Virus record (IMG/VR): IMGVR_UViG_3300045988_060089 | Origin: a virus | DNA: 58,206 nt | Strand: one strand, 5' to 3' | Part shown: piece after piece, positions 17,743 to 26,285 of the stretch | Layout: each line of letters begins with the position of its first letter | Numbering within the stretch: position 1 is the first letter of the stretch | Made by a program: the position numbers and the translations under genes | The notes under the pieces: generated by a model | Told to the model about the DNA's origin: nothing | Database searches by the model: none | What the model saw: only the letters and a program-made list of their open reading frames with translations

Positions 17743-18240
17743 CTATTTTTTTGTCAGTGTAATTGCTGTTGGATAACCGTTTTCGTCTTCGGTTACTGCA
17801 ACAGTGTAATTATCTTCAATCCACTTCGGTACAGTAGCCTGTGCAATCGTAGCAGTTCCAGTCAGATGATCGTCTGTTGCTTCGTCCGGTGCAAAACTTT
17901 CCTGACCGATAAATGCACAAATACCCTCTGAGCCTTTTCCGTCAGTTCCATACAGAATGATAAAATCAAGTTTCTTTCCCTCGTTCGTCACCATTTCATC
18001 CTTGTACTTTTTCTCAAATGCTCCTTGCACTTCCATACTGTTAGCGGCTCTACGACCCATTTCCTGCGTCTCTACCAAATCTTCCAGTGTAGAAGTATCC
18101 ACCATGTTCTGACTTCCGAACGGTGAAGGAATACTTTTTGCTCTCATAAGCAATTTGTACGTTCCTGCCCAGTACTCACCAGTAGCGGCACTAGAACTAG
18201 GCTCTTTATAGGCAATTCTTGATTTTAAACCAGTAGCCAT
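17743..18240 (-). CDS. Major tail protein
   Basis: ggaggtaaat SD before MATGLKSRIAYKEP; ~165 aa in the canonical position before the chaperones. Confidence 0.65.
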   Translation of the reverse strand: MATGLKSRIAYKEPSSSAATGEYWAGTYKLLMRAKSIPSPFGSQNMVDTSTLEDLVETQEMGRRAANSMEVQGAFEKKYKDEMVTNEGKKLDFIILYGTDGKGSEGICAFIGQESFAPDEATDDHLTGTATIAQATVPKWIEDNYTVAVTEDENGYPTAITLTKK

Positions 18241-18291
18241 ATTTACCTCCAATTTTGCATAAAAAATAGAGCCTTAAGGCTCTGTCAATAG

Positions 18292-18699
18292 TTACAATAT
18301 ATCATCAGCATCTACGCTTCTTCTGAACCGTGCAGTGCTTCTGTATGTGTCCTGCGAAGTATTATTGAACTCCGGCATGGAAATTATCTGAAATCGCAGA
18401 CGTTTGAAAAGTCCGGCAACCGTAGCCATGATAGCTTCGGCTTCTTCCTGACTTTTGTTGGTTATCACATCCACCTGGTATGATGCTGTGATTCCATTAA
18501 CAGAACGTGCTTCAAGGTCTTGTCCTGTCTCTGTGAACGGCATAGCATGAAAGTACACCGTAGGGAATGTAGGGTCTGACAAATCCTTACTTTTGTCCGT
18601 CACATAAGCTTTAGGATGGCTCTGTGGTATCTTCATTTTTAAGTATGATGCAATCTTGACTTTGAAATCTGATACCCACTGATATTCATTATTTTCCAT
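18292..18699 (-). CDS. Neck/tail-completion protein (by position)
   Basis: ORF track; located between the HNH-like insertion and the major tail gene. Confidence 0.4.
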   Translation of the reverse strand: MENNEYQWVSDFKVKIASYLKMKIPQSHPKAYVTDKSKDLSDPTFPTVYFHAMPFTETGQDLEARSVNGITASYQVDVITNKSQEEAEAIMATVAGLFKRLRFQIISMPEFNNTSQDTYRSTARFRRSVDADDIL

Positions 18700-19315
18700 T
18701 TGATGACCTCCTTAATTCTCGAAGATCTCCTTGAAACAGAATCACATTAGGATCATTATACCCTCTGTAAATTCTAGCCATAATGGATTTTGGGTTTATC
18801 CCTAGCAGTTCTCCCCACTCTGTTGCGCATCTTGTTTCTCCATTTTTTGTAATCAAAACATTACTTGTCTTGTTTCTTGCTTGTTCTTTCATGGTTATAA
18901 AGGTACAGTTTTCAGGGCAATAATTTTTATGGACATCTATTCTTTCAATAGATAGTTTTGGATTCCATCCATTTTCCAAACACCAGTCAGCAAAAGAATG
19001 AAAATCATTCTTCCATTTTTCGCATATGCAAATACCTTTTTCTCCGTATGAATAATATCTTTCAGATTTGGGGTCATAGCATCTTTTTCGCATATTGCTC
19101 CAAACTCCGTATAGCTTTTCATAATCTTTTGAATGCATTCCATATGAATTTTTATTTAAGCATCCGCAGGATTTTGCTTTTTTAAGTTGATCGGTTCTTA
19201 CATATTTTGTTTTCCCACAATCGCACTTTACTTTTACATATTTCCTGTTTTTTTCGTATTTTTCTTCTCCAATGATTACTACTTTTCCAAAACGCTGACC
19301 GATATAATAGTTCAT
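18689..19315 (-). CDS. Free-standing HNH/AP2-like homing-endonuclease-type DNA-binding protein
   Basis: Cys pairs CDCGKT..CGC. LSIERIDVHKNYCPENCTFITMKEQARNK resembles the IDRIDNxGNYxPxNCRWxTxxEQxxN motif. Interrupts the neck module. Confidence 0.6.
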   Translation of the reverse strand: MNYYIGQRFGKVVIIGEEKYEKNRKYVKVKCDCGKTKYVRTDQLKKAKSCGCLNKNSYGMHSKDYEKLYGVWSNMRKRCYDPKSERYYSYGEKGICICEKWKNDFHSFADWCLENGWNPKLSIERIDVHKNYCPENCTFITMKEQARNKTSNVLITKNGETRCATEWGELLGINPKSIMARIYRGYNDPNVILFQGDLRELRRSSNGK

Positions 19316-19378
19316 AAATCTCTCCTTTTTTCTATAAAAAGAAAAAAGCAGGACTTATTGCTGTCTCACGACATGAGC

Positions 19379-19915
19379 CTACTTCTCATTAAAAATCTTT
19401 TCTGCTTCTGTTTTTACAACACTTAACAATTCCATAGATGTGTTATACATAAATGGTCTGCTGTCCATACCTTCGCACCAATAAACTTTCCCGTCTTTGC
19501 CTTTGTAAAACCATCCGTATTGACCGGATTTTAATTGCATGATGTGTGAACCACTGCCGTAATTCCATTGAACACCTTCCGGCAAAGGATATGGATATTC
19601 TTTCTTTCCACCCATGCTACCAAGAGTACCAAACTCTACGAAAGCCGCATGGTCTGTACCGGCAACCACCGCCCAAACACCGCCACCCTTTACAGAGCCA
19701 ACGTATTCCGCATGAATGCTTTGCAAAAGTTCCGATGTAAATATAGCATCAAGGTCAGCAATTTGGACCCTAGCAATCTCTACGCCCTTTTCTGCCAGTG
19801 TTTCAGCCAGTAGCCTACATTTATACTCTAAGCTATTTTCATAGTCTCTAAGAGCCTTTACAGCCGCTTGTATGGACTTTTGGTCAAACAGGTTGATATT
19901 GATTGTCTTTTCCAT
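19379..19915 (-). CDS. HK97 gp10-like neck/tail component
   Basis: DHAAFVEFGT motif, and position after the head-closure gene. Confidence 0.55.
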   Translation of the reverse strand: MEKTININLFDQKSIQAAVKALRDYENSLEYKCRLLAETLAEKGVEIARVQIADLDAIFTSELLQSIHAEYVGSVKGGGVWAVVAGTDHAAFVEFGTLGSMGGKKEYPYPLPEGVQWNYGSGSHIMQLKSGQYGWFYKGKDGKVYWCEGMDSRPFMYNTSMELLSVVKTEAEKIFNEK

Positions 19916-19916
19916 A

Positions 19917-20339
19917 TCACTTCACCGTCTTTTGCAACAAAAACAAATCTGCTGTCAGTCCCTCGTCTGCAACGCCTTTGACAACATAGTCCGCAGTCTT
20001 GCTGTCCACAAGTCCGTCATCGTCACGGCCTACTTCTGACTTCTTCCAGATAACGTCCCCTGCCTTAATCGGCAAATAGCCTTTGTCGGTCACAATCTGA
20101 CAATACGAACTGGAATCATCAATACCAAATTCTTTTACCAGTACTTCCGACAGCTTATTACTGATGTTGGCAGAAAAAAGGACGGGTTCAGAATATCCAG
20201 TAGTTTCTCTCAAAACCACTGGAATCCTTTCTCCGTCCATCTCGATGTACTTTATTGCTCCGTTTTCGTCCCGGTCATAAATCGTGACTTTTTCTCCCTG
20301 CCGTGAGTACTTCATTTCCTGCTTGTTAATGTCAAGCAT
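19917..20339 (-). CDS. Head-closure/adaptor protein (by position)
   Basis: ORF track; 140 aa in the head-tail joining region. Confidence 0.4.
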   Translation of the reverse strand: MLDINKQEMKYSRQGEKVTIYDRDENGAIKYIEMDGERIPVVLRETTGYSEPVLFSANISNKLSEVLVKEFGIDDSSSYCQIVTDKGYLPIKAGDVIWKKSEVGRDDDGLVDSKTADYVVKGVADEGLTADLFLLQKTVK

Positions 20340-20604
20340 TTTTCTTCACCTGCTTGTAAATCTGATTTACACCAGTGCTTGCCAAACCGGAAACAATTCC
20401 GACCGCAATCGCATTCAGCACATCATTTGCCGGGAAATCCGGAATAACATACATTCCTACTACTCCGAGAATGCCACCTACAATGCCAACAACAACCGGG
20501 ATGTAGTTATCCTTAATAACCGGAATCAGCTTCGCTCCAATACCGGCAAGATAGCAGATAACCACGATTGCAACACAAGTTCCTACCTGGGAAAAATCCA
20601 TCAT
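20332..20604 (-). CDS. Holin-like three-TM protein
   Basis: 90 aa with three hydrophobic segments (VAIVVICYLAGIG, IPVVVGIVGGILGVVGMYV, AIAVGIVSGLASTG) and a basic tail KQVKKNA. Confidence 0.55.
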   Translation of the reverse strand: MMDFSQVGTCVAIVVICYLAGIGAKLIPVIKDNYIPVVVGIVGGILGVVGMYVIPDFPANDVLNAIAVGIVSGLASTGVNQIYKQVKKNA

Positions 20605-20906
20605 TCCTTACCTCCGTTCTTCAATCTTATTTCTTTGATTTCTTCATACATTTTAGTTGCCATTCCATTTCCACCAAGCGCATGATAAGCATTGTACATC
20701 TCAACAAAGTTTTCATACGCATAGCTTGGAATTTCTCCTAACTTCATGTACTTATCGTGATACTCAATAAGTTGCACACGCAAAAGAAGCATTGTTCCCT
20801 TGCTGTTCGCATCCCTATCTTTCTTTTGCTGCTTTAGGAGCCAGACGATGTAGCCTAATAAAATAGGCAGAACAATCGTATACGTCTGTAATAAAAATTC
20901 TTTCAC
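20601..20906 (-). CDS. Single-TM membrane protein (possible holin partner)
   Basis: N-terminal TM TYTIVLPILLGYIVWLL then KQQKKDRD; overlaps the holin-like gene by 4 nt. Confidence 0.5.
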   Translation of the reverse strand: MKEFLLQTYTIVLPILLGYIVWLLKQQKKDRDANSKGTMLLLRVQLIEYHDKYMKLGEIPSYAYENFVEMYNAYHALGGNGMATKMYEEIKEIRLKNGGKE

Positions 20907-21036
20907 TTCATATCTCCTAACTGTTTATTTGTTGGCACACCGCCCACCACCCTTAAAGTGTGCCGCCTGCAACCTTATTACCGGAATCCGTAACATGGTC
21001 ACGCACAATCTTCTAAACCCCTCGATTTCGATGGGG

Positions 21037-21408
21037 TTATAAAACTTTTGCAAATGGGAAAACACCCACAAACAGTTCTTCCCGGTCTCTCCATGTTCTC
21101 GACACACCATTTTCTGAATAGCTTGCCATGAAGTTTTCACCGGCTTGCGATCTGTCATACACGACAAGATTAACCACAACGGACTGAAATTTTTTCATAT
21201 CCGCAGCAATCTTCTCTTCCGTGTAACTTTCCGGGTACATTCTCTTTGCTCTGATGTCTGCTTCTGCTTGACTGATAAGTTGTTCCAAAAGAGGATTTTC
21301 TTCCAAATGGTCAAACACGACCTCGGAGCTTTCAGAATCACTTTTAGAATCAATATGAAATTGTTTCAGACGGATTTTTACTTGCTCCAAAGTCGTATAT
21401 TCTGCCAT
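21037..21408 (-). CDS. gp6-like head-tail connector
   Basis: MAEYTTLEQVKIRLKQ..; ~120 aa immediately after the capsid gene. Confidence 0.55.
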   Translation of the reverse strand: MAEYTTLEQVKIRLKQFHIDSKSDSESSEVVFDHLEENPLLEQLISQAEADIRAKRMYPESYTEEKIAADMKKFQSVVVNLVVYDRSQAGENFMASYSENGVSRTWRDREELFVGVFPFAKVL

Positions 21409-21418
21409 GTGTTACCTC

Positions 21419-22735
21419 TTATTCATCCTTTGCAGTTACCGTAGTAATACCTGCTTTTACTGCTCTGTAATTAGGATCACACTCGATAATCATAATTTCC
21501 TTGCCGGTTATTGCTTCAATTTCAGAAATGCCGTCCCAAGTAGCATACGTCTTTACATTTCCAAGATAAGAAGGTAATTTACAATCATCTGCTACCTTGT
21601 ATTTGTAAGAATTGTCACCGCTTTTTGCAGGGGAAACGCTTACTTTCGTGTATCCATTAGTTGTTTGGCTTGCAGTGCTGTTCACTACCAATGTATCCAA
21701 ACCGCTTTCTCCTTCGGTTAAAGTACCGATTACGATTCCATAAGGGTTAGGAATTACAGGGATAAACACGCCACTAGCCTTAGTCCACTCAGCAACCGGA
21801 TCAGGAGTTGCCCACTGGGAAATAGTAATGAATTGCTTTTGGGACAGGCTTGTAAATGCACTTGCCTTTTCTTCTTCCGGAGTTACGCCCCAAAGTCCAG
21901 TACCAATCTTTCCGTTTCCAGTAGATACATAAAGAGTAAATACATTATCCGGTAAAAATCTCTTGGGAGTTCTCGTTGTATTTTCCTTGTTGGCAATTCC
22001 GTACATATCATCATCAATTACCATATTCAGACCATACAGGCTAAGTAACAGATTTGCCACTTCTGCCGGAGTAATTGCCATTCCAACGAAATTAACTCCC
22101 TTAATAGCTTTCATGATTCCTTCATTCTTAAGCATATAAGAGCGCATTTTGGTAGAAGTCAGTGCAGTATTGACAACATATCCTTTGTCAAGAGCCATCT
22201 GAACCATGTCTGCAATATCTCCAAGGATATCATGGGTAGGATCTTCCCAGCCTTTCAGTGCCTTGAACTTATTTACTTTGAAGTCAATAGCAAAATTGAG
22301 ACCATTTTCGTTAATAGTCATCTTACCAGTAGACATAACCTCCATTTTTGCGATTTCAGTTCTTGTCTTAACAGAATCAGAAAGCCGACCCATATCGTCA
22401 TATACATAGTCAATCAGGTTGCTTTCTCTTACGCCATGATTCAGCAACTGGCGTAATCTTTCAGACTGGTTGATTTTTTCCTTGATCAGCAGCTTTTCTA
22501 CGCTTACTTTTTCGAATCCAGGTCTTACACCAATAGCAGCCTCGGTATCAAATGCGTGTACCATTGCTGCGGTAGGAAGATCCATTCCCTCGGAAAGTCT
22601 TTCGTACTCTGCTTCAAGGTTCTCGGTCTTGATATCAGGGAAAAGTCGATCACCTACATAATTTCTTGCTATAGAATAGTTCTGTGAAAAGTCCAGTCTA
22701 TCCTTATCTGTAATCATTGTTAATACACTAGGCAT
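21419..22735 (-). CDS. Major capsid protein (lambda E-like family) with C-terminal extension
   Basis: N-terminus DRLDFSQNYSIARNYVGDRLFPDIKTENLEAEYERL..AAMVHAFDTEA is typical of Phage_cap_E. The last ~90 aa are beta-rich (Ig-like?). Confidence 0.8.
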   Translation of the reverse strand: MPSVLTMITDKDRLDFSQNYSIARNYVGDRLFPDIKTENLEAEYERLSEGMDLPTAAMVHAFDTEAAIGVRPGFEKVSVEKLLIKEKINQSERLRQLLNHGVRESNLIDYVYDDMGRLSDSVKTRTEIAKMEVMSTGKMTINENGLNFAIDFKVNKFKALKGWEDPTHDILGDIADMVQMALDKGYVVNTALTSTKMRSYMLKNEGIMKAIKGVNFVGMAITPAEVANLLLSLYGLNMVIDDDMYGIANKENTTRTPKRFLPDNVFTLYVSTGNGKIGTGLWGVTPEEEKASAFTSLSQKQFITISQWATPDPVAEWTKASGVFIPVIPNPYGIVIGTLTEGESGLDTLVVNSTASQTTNGYTKVSVSPAKSGDNSYKYKVADDCKLPSYLGNVKTYATWDGISEIEAITGKEIMIIECDPNYRAVKAGITTVTAKDE

Positions 22736-22755
22736 ACTGTTCTTACCTCCGTAAT

Positions 22756-23079
22756 TTAATCAAAGTAAATGCCGCTTGCTTTAAGTGCGGTTTCGGCATT
22801 GGTATCTACTGCAACAGGCAAATTTTCCTTAATAACACGGCCTGCAATAATTACAGAAATAGGCTTCTTTTCGTCATCTGTAATATCAACATCCTCAAAC
22901 ACAATTCCCTTCGCAGAAGCGTTATTTGTTGGAACCACAGTTCCTGCCTTGATGATCTTCTTATCATCTACCTGTGTTGCCATTGCTTGTGTTCCCTCAA
23001 AAGTTTTTAACACAAGTCCGACTTCACTTGCTAAAATATTTACACCAGAAGTGTAAGTAGTGGTTTTCATGTAAGCCAT
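22756..23079 (-). CDS. Head decoration-like protein (by position)
   Basis: 107 aa between the scaffold and capsid genes. Confidence 0.4.
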   Translation of the reverse strand: MAYMKTTTYTSGVNILASEVGLVLKTFEGTQAMATQVDDKKIIKAGTVVPTNNASAKGIVFEDVDITDDEKKPISVIIAGRVIKENLPVAVDTNAETALKASGIYFD

Positions 23080-23098
23080 AACGTTTATACCTCCTTGC

Positions 23099-23629
23099 TT
23101 ACTGTTCGATTACATAGCGCTGATTATATTTCTTTGCCATTTCAGCACCTTTACTTTCAGTTCCATTACCACCGCCAGAACTACCACCGCCCGGATTTGT
23201 GGTTCCGTTTGCGATTTCCTGCTCTTTAGCCTGTGCCGCAGCAGTCTCTTTATCAGAGATAATTTTTCCGAGTACTTCGTAGTCAAAACTGCCGTCATCC
23301 TTGATAACCTGTGATGCCTGTTCAGCAGAAATGTTAAACTTGGATGCCGCATTGCTTCTCTGATCCGCAATAGCCTGTGTCTTTTCAAGTTCTGCGATTT
23401 TTGCATTTGCAGTTTCCAAAGCTTTATTAGCTTTTTCAATTTCAGAAAGATTTCCGGCTTCAAGTTCATCAAGCTTTTTCTGTAACTCATCTGCACTATC
23501 AGCCTTAGCCTTGTATTGTCCTGCCTTTGTTTTTTCTCTTGCAACTTCCGAATTGTTCTGATTCAAAAGATTTGTAATCTGTTCGTCCGTAGCTTCGGGA
23601 AAAAGTTTTAATACGTCTTCTCGTGTCAT
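23099..23629 (-). CDS. Scaffolding protein
   Basis: MTREDVLKLFPEATDEQITNLLNQ.. then coiled coil (KLDELEAGNLSEIEKANKALETANAKIAELEK); located between portal and capsid. Confidence 0.75.
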   Translation of the reverse strand: MTREDVLKLFPEATDEQITNLLNQNNSEVAREKTKAGQYKAKADSADELQKKLDELEAGNLSEIEKANKALETANAKIAELEKTQAIADQRSNAASKFNISAEQASQVIKDDGSFDYEVLGKIISDKETAAAQAKEQEIANGTTNPGGGSSGGGNGTESKGAEMAKKYNQRYVIEQ

Positions 23630-23739
23630 AAATTACCTCCGTTAAACTCACGCTTTTGTTACCGCAGGTCGCTCCTGCTGAGTCTCTGCTATTTACCGCA
23701 TAGCTGCAAATTTTATAAAATAAAAACAGCTACCTATTT

Positions 23740-25173
23740 CTAGGCAACTGTCTTATTTTGCATTTGTTTTACAATTTCTTGTGCTTTCGCCATCTGCTCT
23801 TCTATATTGATAATGTCAGCAGTTTTCCACAGAGCATCAAGGTAAGGTTTGGAAAGGTTGAAAGTCTTTTCGCAATCTCCCCAAAGTCCAACCGTTTTGA
23901 TTGCAATAAGCGGATGAATACCACACTGCAGAAGTTGCAGTAATGTCTGCGACTTGGTATACATATTATCTTGTGGACTGTGGTTAATCTGCACATCAAA
24001 ATCTCTAAGAGTGATTTTCAGATCCTCTTTCTTAATGCGGATAACATTCAGCGCAACCTTGGCCAGTCTCTTCTCTGCTGTCTTAACAACCGGATCCTTA
24101 AGCCTTGCTCTTGATTTTGAAAAATCCCATCCGTTTCTCAGCTCAACCGCACCCTGCGTATCACCGCCAGTGTTTCCTTGCTTGTTCGGTATTCCCAAAA
24201 TTGAAAGTGCGCTGTCTGTTAAATCATCCTTGGAAACCTGTGTTTGTGTCTGGTCAAGTTCTTGCGACATAACGTCTACATCGGACTTATTGTCTTTATT
24301 GATGGACTTTACAACCAACGCATGGTTCATCTTCATTTTTTTGAACTCTTCTTCGTCAATCTCGCAGTTTACAAATTTGTACCATGCCTGGATAAACTGC
24401 TCTATACCATCCATTCTGTTTGACTGTGTATTATTGATTGCATCCAACAGATCTATAACAAGTTCAATATCAGACAACCGCTCATGGTTGTTCGGAAATT
24501 CTACAATCGGAATACCACCAAATCCGTGAAGTTTCCATGTATCAGGAACAACCGCACTGTTTTTTATCTTACATTCATAGGATTCCGTGTAGCATAGTTT
24601 GTACCACTCGCCGTTTTCATCTTTTAATTCCTGTACCGCCAAAATCGGTTCTTCAGAACTGCGGTTGTAAATGACAAACGTGTTCAGAGGATTAGGTGCA
24701 ACCACACGGATAGGCACATCTCCATTCACAATCTGAATAGCTTTGAATGATGTTCCGGTTGCCGACTGCCACTCACCAGCTTTTATGTCTTTCTCATGCT
24801 TATTTGCATCTGCTAAGTAATCATTCAGTTCATCTACTGCCTTATTTACAGCTTCATCATCTTTTCTGCTGACAAACTGAATAGGCTCTCCGTAAGTCTG
24901 AGCGACCTTGAATTGCACCCATTCAAAAGAATGGTTCTCTACTACTCGATTGGTGATATCCTCATTTGACAGCTTTGTTCTGTATAGTACCGGTTGATCT
25001 CCTTTGTAGTACTCCCACAAGTACTTGATAACTGGCTTATTGTAATAAAAAACACCGATGCAATCACCGATAACCTTTACAATGTTGTCTTCGGTTATCT
25101 GCTCCACATCCGTATATGCAATTTTTCTACCGTGACAACCCTTTACAAGGTCTTGAAATTTCATAGTGTTCAT
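23740..25173 (-). CDS. Portal protein (SPP1 gp6-like)
   Basis: 477 aa downstream of terminase; YLWEYYKGDQPVLYR.., typical size and position. Confidence 0.75.
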   Translation of the reverse strand: MNTMKFQDLVKGCHGRKIAYTDVEQITEDNIVKVIGDCIGVFYYNKPVIKYLWEYYKGDQPVLYRTKLSNEDITNRVVENHSFEWVQFKVAQTYGEPIQFVSRKDDEAVNKAVDELNDYLADANKHEKDIKAGEWQSATGTSFKAIQIVNGDVPIRVVAPNPLNTFVIYNRSSEEPILAVQELKDENGEWYKLCYTESYECKIKNSAVVPDTWKLHGFGGIPIVEFPNNHERLSDIELVIDLLDAINNTQSNRMDGIEQFIQAWYKFVNCEIDEEEFKKMKMNHALVVKSINKDNKSDVDVMSQELDQTQTQVSKDDLTDSALSILGIPNKQGNTGGDTQGAVELRNGWDFSKSRARLKDPVVKTAEKRLAKVALNVIRIKKEDLKITLRDFDVQINHSPQDNMYTKSQTLLQLLQCGIHPLIAIKTVGLWGDCEKTFNLSKPYLDALWKTADIINIEEQMAKAQEIVKQMQNKTVA

Positions 25174-25181
25174 ATTTTCAC

Positions 25182-25382
25182 CTACATAAATGTCATTCCG
25201 CTGCTTTGGTCTCTTTTTGGAAGTTTCTTGATCTCACGTTCTCCGGTCTCCGTATGGTAAACAACCATCTTATCGCAATTCCGGCACTTATATGTCTTGT
25301 CGATGTGTGATTTTGAACTGCATTCACCGACCAACCGTCCGCATCCCGGACAGTACACTCTAATTTTTTGATTAAAAATCAT
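25182..25382 (-). CDS. Zn-ribbon protein
   Basis: CPGCGRL..CRNCDKM; internal start MIFNQKIRVY of track ORF 25182-25403. Confidence 0.5.
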   Translation of the reverse strand: MIFNQKIRVYCPGCGRLVGECSSKSHIDKTYKCRNCDKMVVYHTETGEREIKKLPKRDQSSGMTFM

Positions 25383-25402
25383 AAATACCTCTTTTCTGCG
25401 CA

Positions 25403-25434
25403 CAAAAATACCGCCCTTGCTGATAAGAGCGGTA
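25403..25434 (-). terminator. Rho-independent terminator inside the packaging/head operon
   Basis: The minus strand reads taccgc-loop-gcggta followed by tttttg. Confidence 0.6.
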
Positions 25435-25545
25435 CTTCTGTAGTCTTCACATGATCTGAGGAGGAAATGAAAAATATCTTGGAATCTTTCTGCATCTTAA
25501 TAGTATCACGGAAAAATCGGACATATCGGACAAGTTTATATGGAA

Positions 25546-25824
25546 CTATACTATTTCGTATGTTTTTTCAAAAATGTCAGGCTTGCAAGGGTAAAATTCT
25601 CCATTTACTCCTTTTATTATAAAATCATTTATAGATACGTTCATATATCCCTCTAAAGTTTTTATTTTCATGATTACATGAGGTGAAGTTTTTCCTGCTC
25701 TCCAAGCATCATCGATAATTTCATATATAAGTGATTTCCCAACAAATGCTTTTATTTCATCTAAGTTAATGCCATTCCATCTAATAGCTTCAACAATAAT
25801 AGGTATCTTTCTATATTTTGCCAT
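25546..25824 (-). CDS. Hypothetical protein
   Basis: ORF track, 92 aa. Confidence 0.55.
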   Translation of the reverse strand: MAKYRKIPIIVEAIRWNGINLDEIKAFVGKSLIYEIIDDAWRAGKTSPHVIMKIKTLEGYMNVSINDFIIKGVNGEFYPCKPDIFEKTYEIV

Positions 25825-25844
25825 TTTTATACCTCCGTATTATT

Positions 25845-26285
25845 TTAATTTGCCATATAACGATCAAATGCTTTTCTTACGCTATCCTCTGTGTTTCCAC
25901 CACCGATTCTATCAGCAACCTTGTTCCATGATAATTTTTCAACAAAACGTAAATTGATGATCCGTCTTATACGGCTGTCCTGAACGCTTGCAATAAATTT
26001 TTCGACTTCATTATTTTTTTGCAGTAAATCGTCCTCTAAAAGCTGTAAAGTAGCCTTTCTGGAATAAAGCAGTGTCCGTTTTCTGCTGTACTCTGGATAA
26101 GGGAATCCTTCAATACGAAAATGTTCAGTGCCGCCGCATCCACCTGATACGCTGTCAACAACATTCCCATCCGATTCAATTTTTCTGATATCCGATTCAA
26201 GTTTTTTAATCTTCTGCTGTACTTCTTTGATTTCTTCCTGTAAATCTATGTATTGAGACAAAACATCTTTAGTCACCATAATCAA
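25845..26285 (-). CDS. Phage transcriptional regulator with sigma70 region-4-like HTH (ArpU/RinA/DUF1492-like late-regulator candidate)
   Basis: Coiled-coil N-terminus. C-terminus RIRRIINLRFVEKLSWNKVADRIGGGNTEDSVRKAFDR. Confidence 0.5.
   Translation of the reverse strand: MIMVTKDVLSQYIDLQEEIKEVQQKIKKLESDIRKIESDGNVVDSVSGGCGGTEHFRIEGFPYPEYSRKRTLLYSRKATLQLLEDDLLQKNNEVEKFIASVQDSRIRRIINLRFVEKLSWNKVADRIGGGNTEDSVRKAFDRYMAN

Noticed and set aside
23110-23544. Alternative-frame 144-aa ORF inside the scaffold gene, and similar nested ORFs (for example 20925-21179, 15946-16266, 36719-37123, 35169-35546)
   Set aside because: They are embedded in or antisense to genes with clear family signatures, have Arg/Leu/Ser-rich low-information composition, and lack SDs.
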